Part shown: piece after piece, positions 25,823 to 36,452 of the stretch | Position numbering within the stretch: position 1 is the first letter of the stretch | How the letters are laid out: the number at the start of each line of letters is the position of its first letter | Source of the DNA: a virus | Taxonomy: Duplodnaviria > Caudoviricetes | DNA length: 50,126 bases | Virus record (IMG/VR): IMGVR_UViG_3300005921_000003 | Location: 1-50,126 of that record | Strand: one strand, 5' to 3' | Notes under the pieces: model-generated | Told to the model about the DNA's origin: nothing | Database searches by the model: none | The model's input: the letters and a program-made list of their open reading frames with translations, nothing else | Program-made: the position numbers and the translations under genes

Positions 25823-26151
25823 TAGAGCGGCCCGAACGCCTGCAGGTGAACATGGAATCCGGTGCCGGGATCATCAAATACGTCAACGCCGTAATTCTGT
25901 CCATACTGTTTCAATTGCGCGAACGCTTCTTGCCCGACATATTCTGCTCCGGTGCCGATGTGCTTCCACCGTCCGCTCTGGATTTGGTCGATAAGCCATT
26001 GCCAGGATTGCGGAGTTTTGTCGCCTGAAACGTCAACGGCAGCTCCATGCGCGTGTCCCCAGCCTTTATGTCCGCCCGATATGAGCGATGTTACCTGCCA
26101 CCCGTTAGGAAGCGTAAGGCCACTCATCGACTGTTGAAGTTCCGGACTCAC
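25822..26151 (-). CDS. Peptidase M15-like (LAS-type) cell-wall hydrolase
   Basis: HxxGxAxD (HAHGAAVD) and C-terminal HVH zinc ligands. Confidence 0.65.
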   Translation of the reverse strand: MSPELQQSMSGLTLPNGWQVTSLISGGHKGWGHAHGAAVDVSGDKTPQSWQWLIDQIQSGRWKHIGTGAEYVGQEAFAQLKQYGQNYGVDVFDDPGTGFHVHLQAFGPL

Positions 26152-26174
26152 TTCGGAGAACTCGCCTCGCAGCC

Positions 26175-27263
26175 CTACTGGAACGATTGAGGCACTGCCG
26201 GAGGGTTTCCGCCGGCGTCGCTTCCTCCGTAGGTTACGCTTGGACGCTGGTGGTAAAGGTTTTGCAGCCCCTGCTGGTCTTGCGTGTAGCGCGTGGCTGC
26301 GTCACCCGCGCGCTGGAACAAATCAATCGCTTCCCCGATTTGATCCTGGCTATAGCCGGACTTTGAAAACTTGTCGATCGCCGTGCTTGCAGCCGTCTGC
26401 GGATCACGAGCCGTAAGGATTGAGTGGACCGTCTCGTTGACGTCCATCTTCCACTGACCCATATTGGGGTTCACCTGATTCAGTGGAACCAGTTGTCCCT
26501 GCGCGTTCCTGGCCGTTTTCCCTTGGGACGCAGCCGTATTTGCTCCGTTGAGTTTCCCGAGGCTTGAACTCATCGCTCCGGTAAGAGACGAAATATCCCG
26601 ACGGTCGGACTGAACCGCTTGATTAGCCTGCGTTATTTGCGATTTCCAATCCTGGAACGCTTGCTGCTGGCCCTCGCGTTGTGAAACGGCGGCCTCGCCC
26701 ATAATCGTTCGGCTAAGCGTGGCGTTCTCGCTCTTATCCATCCTCGCTATATCTTGCTTATCTCGAAGGTTGGTAAGGATAAGCTCACGGTTGAACGTTG
26801 CCGCCTCATTTTGTGCGCGAAGAATCTCTTGCTGGATTCCAGCCGCGAGATTCCCGTAGATGTTCGCTTTGTCGGTTCTCCCCTCTTCAGCGAATCCAGA
26901 GGCAAGCCGTGTGTAGTGCGCGATCATATCCTGCGGCGTTACCTGATAGTGCGTCCCGACCTTTCCAGGAACGATACGCTGCTCGTCGGGTAATGGCGCA
27001 AACGGCTTTCCACCCGTAAACTCAAGTGTATTAGGGTCCCATTGTGCGCTGGCTGGATTGATGCCGCGCGCTCGTAAGGCTTGGTCCTGAGCCGCCTTGA
27101 GGGTCGCCGCTTGTAACGCCTCTTCGCGCTGGCGATATTGCTTCTCAGCGTCGATCTGCTCTTGCGTCTGCCTGCTTTGAATTTGCGCTTGCTCATTTTG
27201 AAAGCGCTGCTGACGGCCTTGGCCGTAGCCTCCTAGGCCATAGAGCAATGCGGTGAACGCCAT
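26175..27263 (-). CDS. Internal virion/ejection protein
   Basis: Gly-rich N-terminus, Gln/Ala-rich helices; position. Confidence 0.55.
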   Translation of the reverse strand: MAFTALLYGLGGYGQGRQQRFQNEQAQIQSRQTQEQIDAEKQYRQREEALQAATLKAAQDQALRARGINPASAQWDPNTLEFTGGKPFAPLPDEQRIVPGKVGTHYQVTPQDMIAHYTRLASGFAEEGRTDKANIYGNLAAGIQQEILRAQNEAATFNRELILTNLRDKQDIARMDKSENATLSRTIMGEAAVSQREGQQQAFQDWKSQITQANQAVQSDRRDISSLTGAMSSSLGKLNGANTAASQGKTARNAQGQLVPLNQVNPNMGQWKMDVNETVHSILTARDPQTAASTAIDKFSKSGYSQDQIGEAIDLFQRAGDAATRYTQDQQGLQNLYHQRPSVTYGGSDAGGNPPAVPQSFQ

Positions 27264-27832
27264 TAGTACGGACTCGGCGGGGCGGGTTGCGACCCATAGT
27301 AATCGTTCGAGTTTGGCCCCGGGCCGGTCCCGATTTGTTCCGGCGTAGGCATACCACCACTAAAATTAAGCGAAGCTGGGGGCTGCGAACCGGTCAATCC
27401 AGTCGGCGGCATCCCGGCCGCCATCGAACCTGCGGCGCTGATCGCCTGGTAGAAATTGTTAATCGCGTCTTGGTACGAATTGGCCTGAGCGCTCGGCATT
27501 TGCGAGTAGACCCCGGCCGCACCAGCGAGCCCTTGAGAGAAGAGCGGCGCGTCGGCACCGGCGATAACGCCGGATTGCTGAGCACCGAGGTTCCCGAAAT
27601 TGTATTGACCGGCTCCGCTGCCAGCGAGTCCCTTGGCGGCAAGCGAGTCAACCATCTGCTGGTCCTGAGTTTGGAATTGGTTTTGAAGTGCGCGATTCTG
27701 CTCTTTTGTGAAAGTGCTCGTCGCGCTCGGACCATACAGGTTGTAAATGTCATTCGCGGCGTTTGTGTAGTAACTGCCGGTATTGTTCGCCGCGCTGGGA
27801 GCTCCTGAAAGCCATCCAAGGAGCTGCGTCAT
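27263..27832 (-). CDS. Ejection/pilot protein
   Basis: Q/A/G/N-rich, LAAKGLAGSG motif; position. Confidence 0.55.
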   Translation of the reverse strand: MTQLLGWLSGAPSAANNTGSYYTNAANDIYNLYGPSATSTFTKEQNRALQNQFQTQDQQMVDSLAAKGLAGSGAGQYNFGNLGAQQSGVIAGADAPLFSQGLAGAAGVYSQMPSAQANSYQDAINNFYQAISAAGSMAAGMPPTGLTGSQPPASLNFSGGMPTPEQIGTGPGPNSNDYYGSQPAPPSPY

Positions 27833-28287
27833 TAGGCGTTCTCCATTGTGATACGGGAAACGCGCAAGCCGGTGCGTTCGAGCGCCTCGCGCAACTGCAC
27901 GTTGTCGAGGTCGAAGGTACCCATAAACCGGCGGTTTTTAGTCAGCGCCTCGACGCGCATATATTCAACCAGTTCAAAGCACGCTCGAGGCGTTCCGGAC
28001 AAGGAAACGCACTCGCGAACCTCGGCGCTAGAATGGTAGTCGTACACGTCGCGGTAAGCCGAAACCCCCGCTACCTTGCGGAAGCCATGCTCATCAACGC
28101 GATCCCCCTCCCACTCGCACAGCCATACGAACTTCGTTACGTCGTCAAGTGTCGGCCGGCGGAACCCAAGCCCCTCGGGATCTGGTTCAGTCGGACACTT
28201 CGGAAGCTTTCCTCCGTCGTAGAGCAAATTCACGAGCAACGGAGGGACCTCCGAAATGGTTCGCTTGGGCGGACTTGCGGCCAGCAT
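27832..28287 (-). CDS. GNAT-like protein of the podoviral tail/ejection junction
   Basis: C-terminal N..L...LERTG pattern; position; ATG 28287 inferred from promoter geometry (alternative ATG 28344). Confidence 0.45.
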   Translation of the reverse strand: MLAASPPKRTISEVPPLLVNLLYDGGKLPKCPTEPDPEGLGFRRPTLDDVTKFVWLCEWEGDRVDEHGFRKVAGVSAYRDVYDYHSSAEVRECVSLSGTPRACFELVEYMRVEALTKNRRFMGTFDLDNVQLREALERTGLRVSRITMENA

Positions 28288-28293
28288 AGTCGC

Positions 28294-28340
28294 AGTATTC
28301 GTCCCCGAAGAACCCGTCACGACTGGAGAAGTTGAGGGAG
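28294..28340 (-). promoter_or_regulatory. Putative late promoter, copy 3
   Basis: CTCCCTCAACTT-N29-AATACT-N6-ATG. Confidence 0.7.
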
Positions 28341-28345
28341 CCATG

Positions 28346-28771
28346 TTAGTTCGGATTCCCGGCCGCGTGCACGTGGAGAAAGCGGTTGTCGTTAGGGTCC
28401 GAGCTATGAAAAATGATGCTTTGGTTTGTACCTGGACCCTGAAGGTAAATCTCATTGACCTCGGGCGTTCCGCCGGGGGCCAACTGACCGATCGCTGTAG
28501 CCTTGCAGATCGGCGGTTTCTGGAACTTCGTCGTGAATCTCCACACCGCCACACCGCCCTTGAAATGAATCGTCGCTTGATCGTTCGGCGTGTAGTTGGG
28601 CGAGGCGTTCGAAGTGATCGAAACGTTCCGATTGCCTGTCGAACCCCGCGGAATCCCTGGCGGTGGGAGGACCGAAGCCGGGGCGAAATACCGACGGAGG
28701 CGGTTGGCAATGAAATGAACGTCGCCGGAGCTGATTTGAACCCCGCCGCTGCCTGAGTGTTGCCCGCTCAT
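28346..28771 (-). CDS. Hypothetical tail-associated protein
   Basis: GGAGG RBS, ATG 28771; beta-rich C-terminus. Confidence 0.6.
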   Translation of the reverse strand: MSGQHSGSGGVQISSGDVHFIANRLRRYFAPASVLPPPGIPRGSTGNRNVSITSNASPNYTPNDQATIHFKGGVAVWRFTTKFQKPPICKATAIGQLAPGGTPEVNEIYLQGPGTNQSIIFHSSDPNDNRFLHVHAAGNPN

Positions 28772-28782
28772 AAACCTCCGGA

Positions 28783-30996
28783 TCATGTTGCTAGCGATTC
28801 CTCGATGATGTCGAGCCCATACGATCTAATCTCAAAGCCAGCGAAGCTCGTCCCATCCTCTGTGATCCTGACGACGAACGCATTAGCCTGAATTGGAAGC
28901 TGGCCTTGTTGCTGTCCGGTATTCTCATATTGCCACATCGTATTGATCGCTTCGCCCAAAGCGGGGGCAACCGTTGGGCTAAAGGCCGCTGTCTGCGGAA
29001 CCGTCCCAAATTCCGAACGCCACGGCGAGGGAGCGCCTTGAATAATCTGTCCTGGAATGAGCGTCATTTTGAACGACGCACCTGCGGTTGTATCGCAGTC
29101 GATAAACTCGCGCTTGACGTTCTTGATCGTTTCAGGCGTTCCGCCCGTGATCCATCCGCTTTGCGTCATAAAGGCGATTGGATTCCCGTAATCGGAAAGA
29201 GCACTTTGGCCGAGTTCAAAAAATCCCGTCCCTAACGAGTCTACGAAATTGATTTGAGGCTTATCGCTATTGAGTCCAGTCGGCGATGGGCCTGCTCCGT
29301 ACTGAATCCAAGCTCCAATCTCTAAGCCAGTCCATTTAGACCAGGCTGGAGAGCCTTGTGCAGCGCTCTTCTCGTCATCATAAACGAGAATCGTGTCGGC
29401 GCTTCCACTCCCGAAATCGACCGCAAAGAGCGCAAGCGAACGAAGGATAAACGGGACCGTTCCGCTGCCAACTTGATACTGCCCATTAAGAGCGGTCCTA
29501 GCTTGCATATCTCCAGCAACCACGCGGACGAGGGGCTGGAATCCAGCCGATGCGGTGCCTTCGCTAATCGGGATCGGGAGTCCAATATGCTCAGGCTCGT
29601 AGGCCCCAACCGCTAACCGTAGTGCCTTGCGCCCCGACCAAAAAACAACTTGGCCTTCTAGTATGGCGGCGCAATAGCGCGACGGTACGCCGTAACCTTT
29701 AACCTGCGGCGTGACGCTAAACTGATATTCGCTGCTCTGGAAATCGTAGCCCTCGATCATGTAAATCGAAGCGGTTTTGAAGATATAGAAAGCGTTGCCG
29801 GCTGGCAGGCATTGTTGTACCGGCGAATCTCCGTCTCCGGCACCGATCGTGTAACCCCCGTTTACGCCTCCGGTCTTTGCCGTCATGCCTCCGTTCTGTA
29901 TCATAAACGTAAAGGCTTCGGGCTGGTATATGTCCGAAGCAAATACCGTATCAGGGTTGCCTGGATTCCCAGACGGGATGTTTCCTAAATCACCCCACAG
30001 CCACAGATGGTCATGCCATGCCGCACAGTACGCAAATGGGTTGGGGCACATGAATGAGAGCGCCTTGATGATGCCTTCTTCAAAATGCAGGCGGCACGGA
30101 CCATTCCACTGTGAACCGCCGCCCGTAAAGTTTGTCGGGCTTGTCGGGGAAACGGCAAGCGTGCTGCCCGTTCCCATGCTGCCGCTCATGGTCGCGTAGT
30201 AGGTGATATTGTTTCCGAGATTTCCACCGTCCCGAGCGCCAAGGTGTATCGTTGAAACCGGGTTTGCCGAACCGGCTTGAGGCTGACCGTTTATATCCGT
30301 CGCTCCAAAGGGAAGCGTCTTGGACGTAAAATACGCCTCGCCGATAAACGGGAAGTAGGCGGCCTTGTGTAAGAACGCCGCCGAATCGTTAATCAATTGG
30401 CACAGATTATACGCAATCGAATCGGGGTTGTCTGAGCCCTCAACGTAGTAGTTAGGCGTCGTTATACTGTTCGCACCATCGGTGATCGTAACGTTGATGT
30501 ATCCGCCATTTGGCTGCAACCCAGGTAGCCCGGAAATCGTTATCTGGCCCGTACCGAATCCTCCGGCAACCAGGCTAAGCCCCGTGATAATCAAAACATC
30601 AGCGCCGTCCCCGCCATTGGCTTGCGGATCTCGGATGCTGCAAAAGTCTGGAGCTACATTCGGATTAGTGAGCGGGAAGGCCCCTAGATCGTTTAGGTGC
30701 CCCGAGTCGTTGCCGATGAGAATATGGTTGTGTTCGTAGATAACGAGCTTTGTTGCTTCATTCGGAAAGGCCCGATACCAGCGAAATCCCGAGACTGGAG
30801 TTTGCGTGCCGAACTGCGGCAAAGATACGCGAGTAGTCCCTGGCCGTTTCCCCCAGGTCCCCTCTCGGTGATAGATGATGTTGTCGCAGTCGGTTAGACC
30901 GCCGCCATCAACTTTGAGCGGATTAACCCACTCGTTAAGGACTCCGGTGCATTCGAAACCAATGAACCGCGGATGTGGAGGAGTGGCACCCGGCAT
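28783..30996 (-). CDS. Tail hub/packaged-DNA stabilization protein (P22 gp10-like)
   Basis: N-terminal N......G...KRPG, beta-propeller-like composition; position after the adaptor. Confidence 0.7.
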   Translation of the reverse strand: MPGATPPHPRFIGFECTGVLNEWVNPLKVDGGGLTDCDNIIYHREGTWGKRPGTTRVSLPQFGTQTPVSGFRWYRAFPNEATKLVIYEHNHILIGNDSGHLNDLGAFPLTNPNVAPDFCSIRDPQANGGDGADVLIITGLSLVAGGFGTGQITISGLPGLQPNGGYINVTITDGANSITTPNYYVEGSDNPDSIAYNLCQLINDSAAFLHKAAYFPFIGEAYFTSKTLPFGATDINGQPQAGSANPVSTIHLGARDGGNLGNNITYYATMSGSMGTGSTLAVSPTSPTNFTGGGSQWNGPCRLHFEEGIIKALSFMCPNPFAYCAAWHDHLWLWGDLGNIPSGNPGNPDTVFASDIYQPEAFTFMIQNGGMTAKTGGVNGGYTIGAGDGDSPVQQCLPAGNAFYIFKTASIYMIEGYDFQSSEYQFSVTPQVKGYGVPSRYCAAILEGQVVFWSGRKALRLAVGAYEPEHIGLPIPISEGTASAGFQPLVRVVAGDMQARTALNGQYQVGSGTVPFILRSLALFAVDFGSGSADTILVYDDEKSAAQGSPAWSKWTGLEIGAWIQYGAGPSPTGLNSDKPQINFVDSLGTGFFELGQSALSDYGNPIAFMTQSGWITGGTPETIKNVKREFIDCDTTAGASFKMTLIPGQIIQGAPSPWRSEFGTVPQTAAFSPTVAPALGEAINTMWQYENTGQQQGQLPIQANAFVVRITEDGTSFAGFEIRSYGLDIIEESLAT

Positions 30997-32150
30997 CAGA
31001 ACGGCCTGTAATTAAAGTCATCGTCGTAATCGAAACCAGCAATTGTTTGCGGACCCGACCGACGGACGTTCCAGCCGAGTTCTTTTGCCGTCTTTATCGC
31101 TCGATCATAAAGGCTAAGATAGTAGGCTCCTTGAGCAGCGTCGCCTTTGCGCGGCCAATATTCTGACAGTAGCCCGTGAACGAGCGCCATTTGCAATTGA
31201 GGAGGAAGCTGTGTCGTGTCACCGGGATACGTGAGCCACTTTCCAGTTGATGAGTAATAGAACGTCATCGTGTCCCCGTTTGGCGAAAGGGTTGCGACTC
31301 CATTGGGGGTCACGGTCATTTCTCCGGCCGCTATCGTCGTCAGGTACGTGATCTGCGTTCCAGGCGGATTGATCGCGGTTAGCTGAAATGAGTTATTCGA
31401 CACCCCGCATGGTTGCAAGAACGCCGATGCCCCAACGACGGCGTTTGAGGCGTTAACGAGATTCGCGACCGCCTGAGCGATAGATGCCGTCGTATCGCTT
31501 GCGAGAACGACGTAGGTCGGCACGACCACGGGAGCGTTAGGAGGATTGGTAATCGTTATCTGGACCGTATCCCCCGCGTCAGGGGTTCCGTTGAACGTTA
31601 CCGTCCCAATCCCCGGACCCATCGCTTGACCAGGACCAGGCTGCGGGAAGATTCGAACATACCCAGCAAACGGCTCGCGAAACGCGGATGGTTGACCGAC
31701 TGAAAGCGTTATGTCCGCACAGTAGGCGTTCCACTCTTTCATGTTCACGCTGATGAGCGGGAACGTCTGTTGCCCCTGCGGAGTGTAGTCTATCCCGTAC
31801 AACGATTGCATATCCGGGGGAACCGGATAATCCATTCCGGCGAAAACCGGAAGCGTTACGAGACGGTCACTCACATCTGGAGCTAGTCCCGTTTCTCCGA
31901 TGAAGCGCCCGAGCCAGATGTTGAGATCGCGCTGTACGACGGCCATGCTGTAATCGCCGACGACTGGCGGTAAGAACCCAGTGTCAGGTCCTGCCTCACG
32001 CAGCAAGTGCCAAATGCGGCACTGCATATCGAAAAGCGTGAGTTGTCCTGCGATTTGCGCGGGAGGCTGTAGAAGAAGTACGCCACCCTGAGCACCAAGC
32101 GCAATTGGCTGGCCTGGGGCTGCAACGAGCCGGTTGTAAATCCCGGCCAT
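30996..32150 (-). CDS. Head-tail adaptor protein
   Basis: Y.VP.D, GQPS.F...IFPQP, D.TQLP...ALV pattern of phage adaptors. Confidence 0.65.
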   Translation of the reverse strand: MAGIYNRLVAAPGQPIALGAQGGVLLLQPPAQIAGQLTLFDMQCRIWHLLREAGPDTGFLPPVVGDYSMAVVQRDLNIWLGRFIGETGLAPDVSDRLVTLPVFAGMDYPVPPDMQSLYGIDYTPQGQQTFPLISVNMKEWNAYCADITLSVGQPSAFREPFAGYVRIFPQPGPGQAMGPGIGTVTFNGTPDAGDTVQITITNPPNAPVVVPTYVVLASDTTASIAQAVANLVNASNAVVGASAFLQPCGVSNNSFQLTAINPPGTQITYLTTIAAGEMTVTPNGVATLSPNGDTMTFYYSSTGKWLTYPGDTTQLPPQLQMALVHGLLSEYWPRKGDAAQGAYYLSLYDRAIKTAKELGWNVRRSGPQTIAGFDYDDDFNYRPF

Positions 32151-32153
32151 GAG

Positions 32154-33992
32154 TTACTTGCCTATCCAGAGTAGAGTTTGCGGAGCGACGCTAAACTGGA
32201 ATGAATCGTGTGGCGAGTTGATCCAGCACGTTCCGAAACTGTTCGCTGCCAAAGCCGTAGTCGCTAATCCATTGATCTTAAAAGTAGACGGGGACGCGGC
32301 GCTTTGGAACACGATCAGTGAAGGTCCGAAGTAGCTCGTGCCTCCGTTTGAACCTTGGACCTCTGCGGAGACAGCGCTCGTTCCAACATTACCGACCGTA
32401 TTGATGATCGTGTTTTGATCATTGTAGCCGGAACAACTCGTTATGCGGATATTCCCACCAGGCGTTCCCGTTACGCTAACAGGTGGTCCAGAATACCCCA
32501 CCATCGAGCAGTCATCAAAGAGAACCGTGTTAACCGGGCTTCCAGAAATGAGAACCGCGTACTGCTGGTTCTGGGTGCTCGCGGAGTTCGGATACTTTGG
32601 CTCAAGGTTCGTTCCAATTACCGTAAGGTATCCTGAGTTTCCCGTTACCGCAATTCCGGCTCCTCCGGTCGGGCCATTTCCAGATGACCTACCCCCTAGC
32701 ACCTGAACATGCGTGCCGCCAGCGATTTGTAATCCGTGACCGCTACCACCTGGAGCATTATTTTGGAACCATGTGCAGCCCGTGAAAACAATGTCATCGA
32801 TCCCATTATTTCCACTCCCGTTGGTTAGGGAGTCAATAAGAACTCCGGGAGTTGAAATCGTGGATTGCGAAGCCATGTTGAAGCTGCAGTTGCTATACTT
32901 CTCGCCATATATGTCAGACCCAGCAGTAGGAGTCTGCATATAAATGCAGGTCGTGATACAGGAAAACTCGCAGTCGGTGATATTCGTAAAACGAACCCTG
33001 CTTCCACCGGCTGAAATAGCGTAGCTAATCCCGTAGTACCAGGCTGATATGTGCAACCTGGAAATCATAGCGTGTTCTAGTTGCCCGGTTAACGAAATAC
33101 ATACCGTATTTGTCGGAGCGCTTCCACCGGGATTTGCTTGGAGATACTCTCCCGGACCATCCAAAAAACATTGGGGACCTGCCAGGGTTACTGCCGCGTA
33201 GGAGCCTGCTCCGGTCGGACCATTCCCGTTAGGACCGGAGGCGTAGTTGATCGTACACGCCTGCAATCCGCATGACAGAGAGTTTCCGTCAGTCGAAAAT
33301 ACTTGTGGACAGCTTGTAAAAACGCAGTTGTAACAGCGCGTATTCCATCCGTGACCAGCATTGATTGCAAGACTGCTGGATGAAGCTGAACTCGGAAAGT
33401 TTATCCCAATGTTTTGGTAAATCTGTCCACCGGAACCGTGAGGACCGCTACTATTAAAGAGCGTTCCACTTCCAGTTACGGCGAACAGGGGGGCCTGCCC
33501 ACCAAGACCTCCGCCTCCGGTCGTGCAGGCTGCTCCGAGAATTACGCTCTGGTCTGGCATCGTGAAGTTGAGAGGATCTATCGGGTAGCTTCCAACTGGA
33601 ATAAAAAGGCAACCGCCGACTGGTCCCGCCGCTCCCATTGCCGTTGTGACATTCGTCATCGCCGTATCGTTAAGAGCGGCGCTGCCTGGCGTCGGAAGAG
33701 CACCATAAAACAGATAGTTGTAAACCGTCAGCGCATTAGCGTTCGTCGTGCTCGGGAGCACACCGTTGAACCCGCCTCCACCGCCTCCGCCGATCAGCGT
33801 CTGCAGTTGCTGGAGGGTTACTCCATACGTCTGACCCGTAGCGACATGGTAAATCGCGGTGCTATCTGCTAGCGCGGGAGTAATGTTACCTAACTCGGGA
33901 ATGGTAAGGTCGCAGCGTGGTTGACGCGCTGCTAGACCGCGAGCGGCTTGAAGAGCGAAGTCGTCAAGCTGAGATAGGTTCTTAAACCCCAC
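32154..33992 (-). CDS. Tailspike/receptor-binding protein with right-handed beta-helix
   Basis: G.LFIPVGSY.I pectate-lyase-like entry motif; N/C/G-rich beta-helix rungs; GTG 33992 is the likely start. Confidence 0.75.
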   Translation of the reverse strand: MGFKNLSQLDDFALQAARGLAARQPRCDLTIPELGNITPALADSTAIYHVATGQTYGVTLQQLQTLIGGGGGGGFNGVLPSTTNANALTVYNYLFYGALPTPGSAALNDTAMTNVTTAMGAAGPVGGCLFIPVGSYPIDPLNFTMPDQSVILGAACTTGGGGLGGQAPLFAVTGSGTLFNSSGPHGSGGQIYQNIGINFPSSASSSSLAINAGHGWNTRCYNCVFTSCPQVFSTDGNSLSCGLQACTINYASGPNGNGPTGAGSYAAVTLAGPQCFLDGPGEYLQANPGGSAPTNTVCISLTGQLEHAMISRLHISAWYYGISYAISAGGSRVRFTNITDCEFSCITTCIYMQTPTAGSDIYGEKYSNCSFNMASQSTISTPGVLIDSLTNGSGNNGIDDIVFTGCTWFQNNAPGGSGHGLQIAGGTHVQVLGGRSSGNGPTGGAGIAVTGNSGYLTVIGTNLEPKYPNSASTQNQQYAVLISGSPVNTVLFDDCSMVGYSGPPVSVTGTPGGNIRITSCSGYNDQNTIINTVGNVGTSAVSAEVQGSNGGTSYFGPSLIVFQSAASPSTFKINGLATTALAANSFGTCWINSPHDSFQFSVAPQTLLWIGK

Positions 33993-35133
33993 TACCGCCT
34001 TCGACCTCATCGAGATTCTCATATACGCCTGGAGGGCAGAACTTGCCAGTTTGCCGTGCCGAACGTTTGAGCATGCCGCTGTAAATCCCGTTGAGCGGAT
34101 TTATCGAGGCGTCCATCCCATCTTCGCCGTCGTTATGAATCGGAACGTGGACTCGTCCAGCGCCGATTTGGCCGCCGGGAAACGAGTCCATGCGATCATC
34201 TTTGCGGTCGTTCTTAGCCATTATTCCTCCACTACGCGGCGAGCGGCGTGCTGTTCGGCAACGCGGTATGCTGCTTCGCGATCATCGGTTTCAAAGATAA
34301 CACGCTCACCGTTGAACCCACCTTCGAGAACGGTGTAAGGCAACTTCGTCTGCTTCTCCGGGCGAACTCGCCCGACGAGATTTGAGCGGGCGGGGGTCCC
34401 GTGCTGAGCTTTAGCCATCGTATACCCCGCCCGAACTTTACGCCTTAGCGGCTACCTTGTCGTGACGACGCTCGGACGCCACCGCGCCGGCTACTGCTCC
34501 GCTGAACTCTCCCTTAAGCTCAGCTAGCGCCAAACGCATCTCGCGGACCTCACGATCGTGCTTCTCGCGTTCCATGTCGAGTTGGGCCTTGAATTCAGCC
34601 TCGATTTCCGCTGCAGATTTCCTGGTTCCGAAGTTGTCTTTCTCTGGATCAAACTCACCGAGTTTGTAGATTTCGTATATGCGAATCGGATCCGGATGAT
34701 GACCTTCGAGATCAACCTTTTGAATCGAAACGTCCGGAGCTCGGTTGTGACCACTCTTCTCCATGTTTGGATTCAAGCCGCGTCCGTTACCGCGAGGCCA
34801 ATCGTACCGCATGACAAAGCGCGTGATTTCGAGGGATATAAAGTCACGGAGTTTCTCGCGCTTGGGGCCATCCGGCATTTCGAGATAGTCTAGGTGAAGA
34901 TCGAACGGCCCGAACCACGCCCGCGTACGACCTATCGGCTGCTCAAGCGTCTTGCCTGGATGCAGAAGCAGGATCGTCTCACGCTGCCGCCAGCCGCCGC
35001 ACCATTTCAACGGAACGGTCCTGGGCCAATCTTCGGCCAGCGTTATCCGACAAGTGACTTCCGGTGCGGTCTGAACCTCTTCCGCTCGTTTGAATTGTCG
35101 TTGCTGGTCAATCTCGTCGAGGATGGTTGACAT
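33982..35133 (-). other. Three hypothetical late genes (33982-34221, 34221-34418, 34438-35133)
   Basis: Coupled ORFs within the virion operon. Confidence 0.6.
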
Positions 35134-35154
35134 TCGTTCGTAATCTCCCTGGCT

Positions 35155-36204
35155 TTAGTACATACCGTAGATGAGCGCCGGGACTTTTCCCTTGTATCCG
35201 GTTCCGCCGCTGAAGGTCGCAGGGGATGAGATCGTTCCAGAGCTACCGCCGGCCTGCGTATACGTCGAAGTAGCCGTCAGGCTGTTGGCGACCATGCCCG
35301 AAATGTAGGTGTAGAAGCGCCACTGCTCAAGCGCGACACCTGCAGCGTTCGTCGATCCGCCCGTAACGAGGAACGGGTTGGCGACATTGTTTACCGTAAT
35401 GGTGATGACACCAGCCGCGTTCGCTGCGGTGAAGTACGGGTAAGGCGTACCCAGCGCGTGAATCGTTGTCACTGCAAAGTACGGGTTGGCGTTCAGTGAC
35501 GCAACCACGGCGGCTGCAGCGGTCGTCGCCGAAGCGGCGGTCGTTGCGTTAAGTGTCGTGCTTACGGTGAATGTCTGAGCTGTTCCCGGCTGAAGATCCG
35601 TGTATGGGATCTGAAACGTGATGGCGATAACATCGCCCGATTGCCAGGCAGATCCCGCGATGGTGAACACCGCCGTTGCCTGAGCGAGCGCGGCTTGCGT
35701 GAGCGATGAACCGATGCCGGAAGCGGGAAGATTCGTAATGCCTATGATGGTCGGAAGCGCCGAAGCCTTCGCGACACCCTGAGCGTAGCCAGCGGTGTTC
35801 GCCGAACTCGTGAGCGGGATACCGTCGGTGAGTGTGGTGCCCGCCGATTGATCGACCCACACATACGCGATGCCTTTGATTTGCAGAGGCAGATATACCG
35901 TGCCACGCAAGTTGAGTTGCGAAGCCACGGAAATGTAGGACGAGTTCAGTAGCCCTTGGTTATCAAAACCGTTCCAAGGGGCCTGAACGACGCCAGCAAA
36001 CTTGCTTTCGTTTGCGGCTGCCGCCGTCGGCTGAACCGTTTGGAAGTCCGGTAAAATCTGAGAGTCTACCGCAGAGATTTTGCAGAGGATGCTGGGAATA
36101 TACGTGTTGACCGCGTTGCTCACGCGGTACGATTGACGGCCACTTCCGCCCATGTTGGGCAGATTGTTCGTGGTGAGATCGGCGATAACTGACCAATTAG
36201 GCAT
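35155..36204 (-). CDS. Capsid decoration/minor capsid protein
   Basis: Follows the capsid gene; FAGVV...LQIKG cement-like fold with an inserted domain. Confidence 0.55.
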   Translation of the reverse strand: MPNWSVIADLTTNNLPNMGGSGRQSYRVSNAVNTYIPSILCKISAVDSQILPDFQTVQPTAAAANESKFAGVVQAPWNGFDNQGLLNSSYISVASQLNLRGTVYLPLQIKGIAYVWVDQSAGTTLTDGIPLTSSANTAGYAQGVAKASALPTIIGITNLPASGIGSSLTQAALAQATAVFTIAGSAWQSGDVIAITFQIPYTDLQPGTAQTFTVSTTLNATTAASATTAAAAVVASLNANPYFAVTTIHALGTPYPYFTAANAAGVITITVNNVANPFLVTGGSTNAAGVALEQWRFYTYISGMVANSLTATSTYTQAGGSSGTISSPATFSGGTGYKGKVPALIYGMY

Positions 36205-36255
36205 TATGTGTTCTCCCCGCCGTACGTCGAAGCGTACGGCTAACTGCGAGGTGTA

Positions 36256-36432
36256 TTATTTTTCTTTGCCGCCGATGTTCTTCATGCGGAGACGTTCCTG
36301 TTTTTCCGGATAGCCACGCTCGAAACTATGCTCGGCGAACGTAGACTTCGCGGCGCTGATGATCTTGCCGTCGAGTTCAACGCTCTCGGCCGGGCATCCG
36401 TCCGCGGCGTGCTTGTTCTCTTTAGTTGCCAT
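36256..36432 (-). CDS. Small hypothetical protein
   Basis: GGGAG RBS, ATG 36432. Confidence 0.5.
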   Translation of the reverse strand: MATKENKHAADGCPAESVELDGKIISAAKSTFAEHSFERGYPEKQERLRMKNIGGKEK

Positions 36433-36452
36433 GATTTTAAAAAGTCTCCCTG

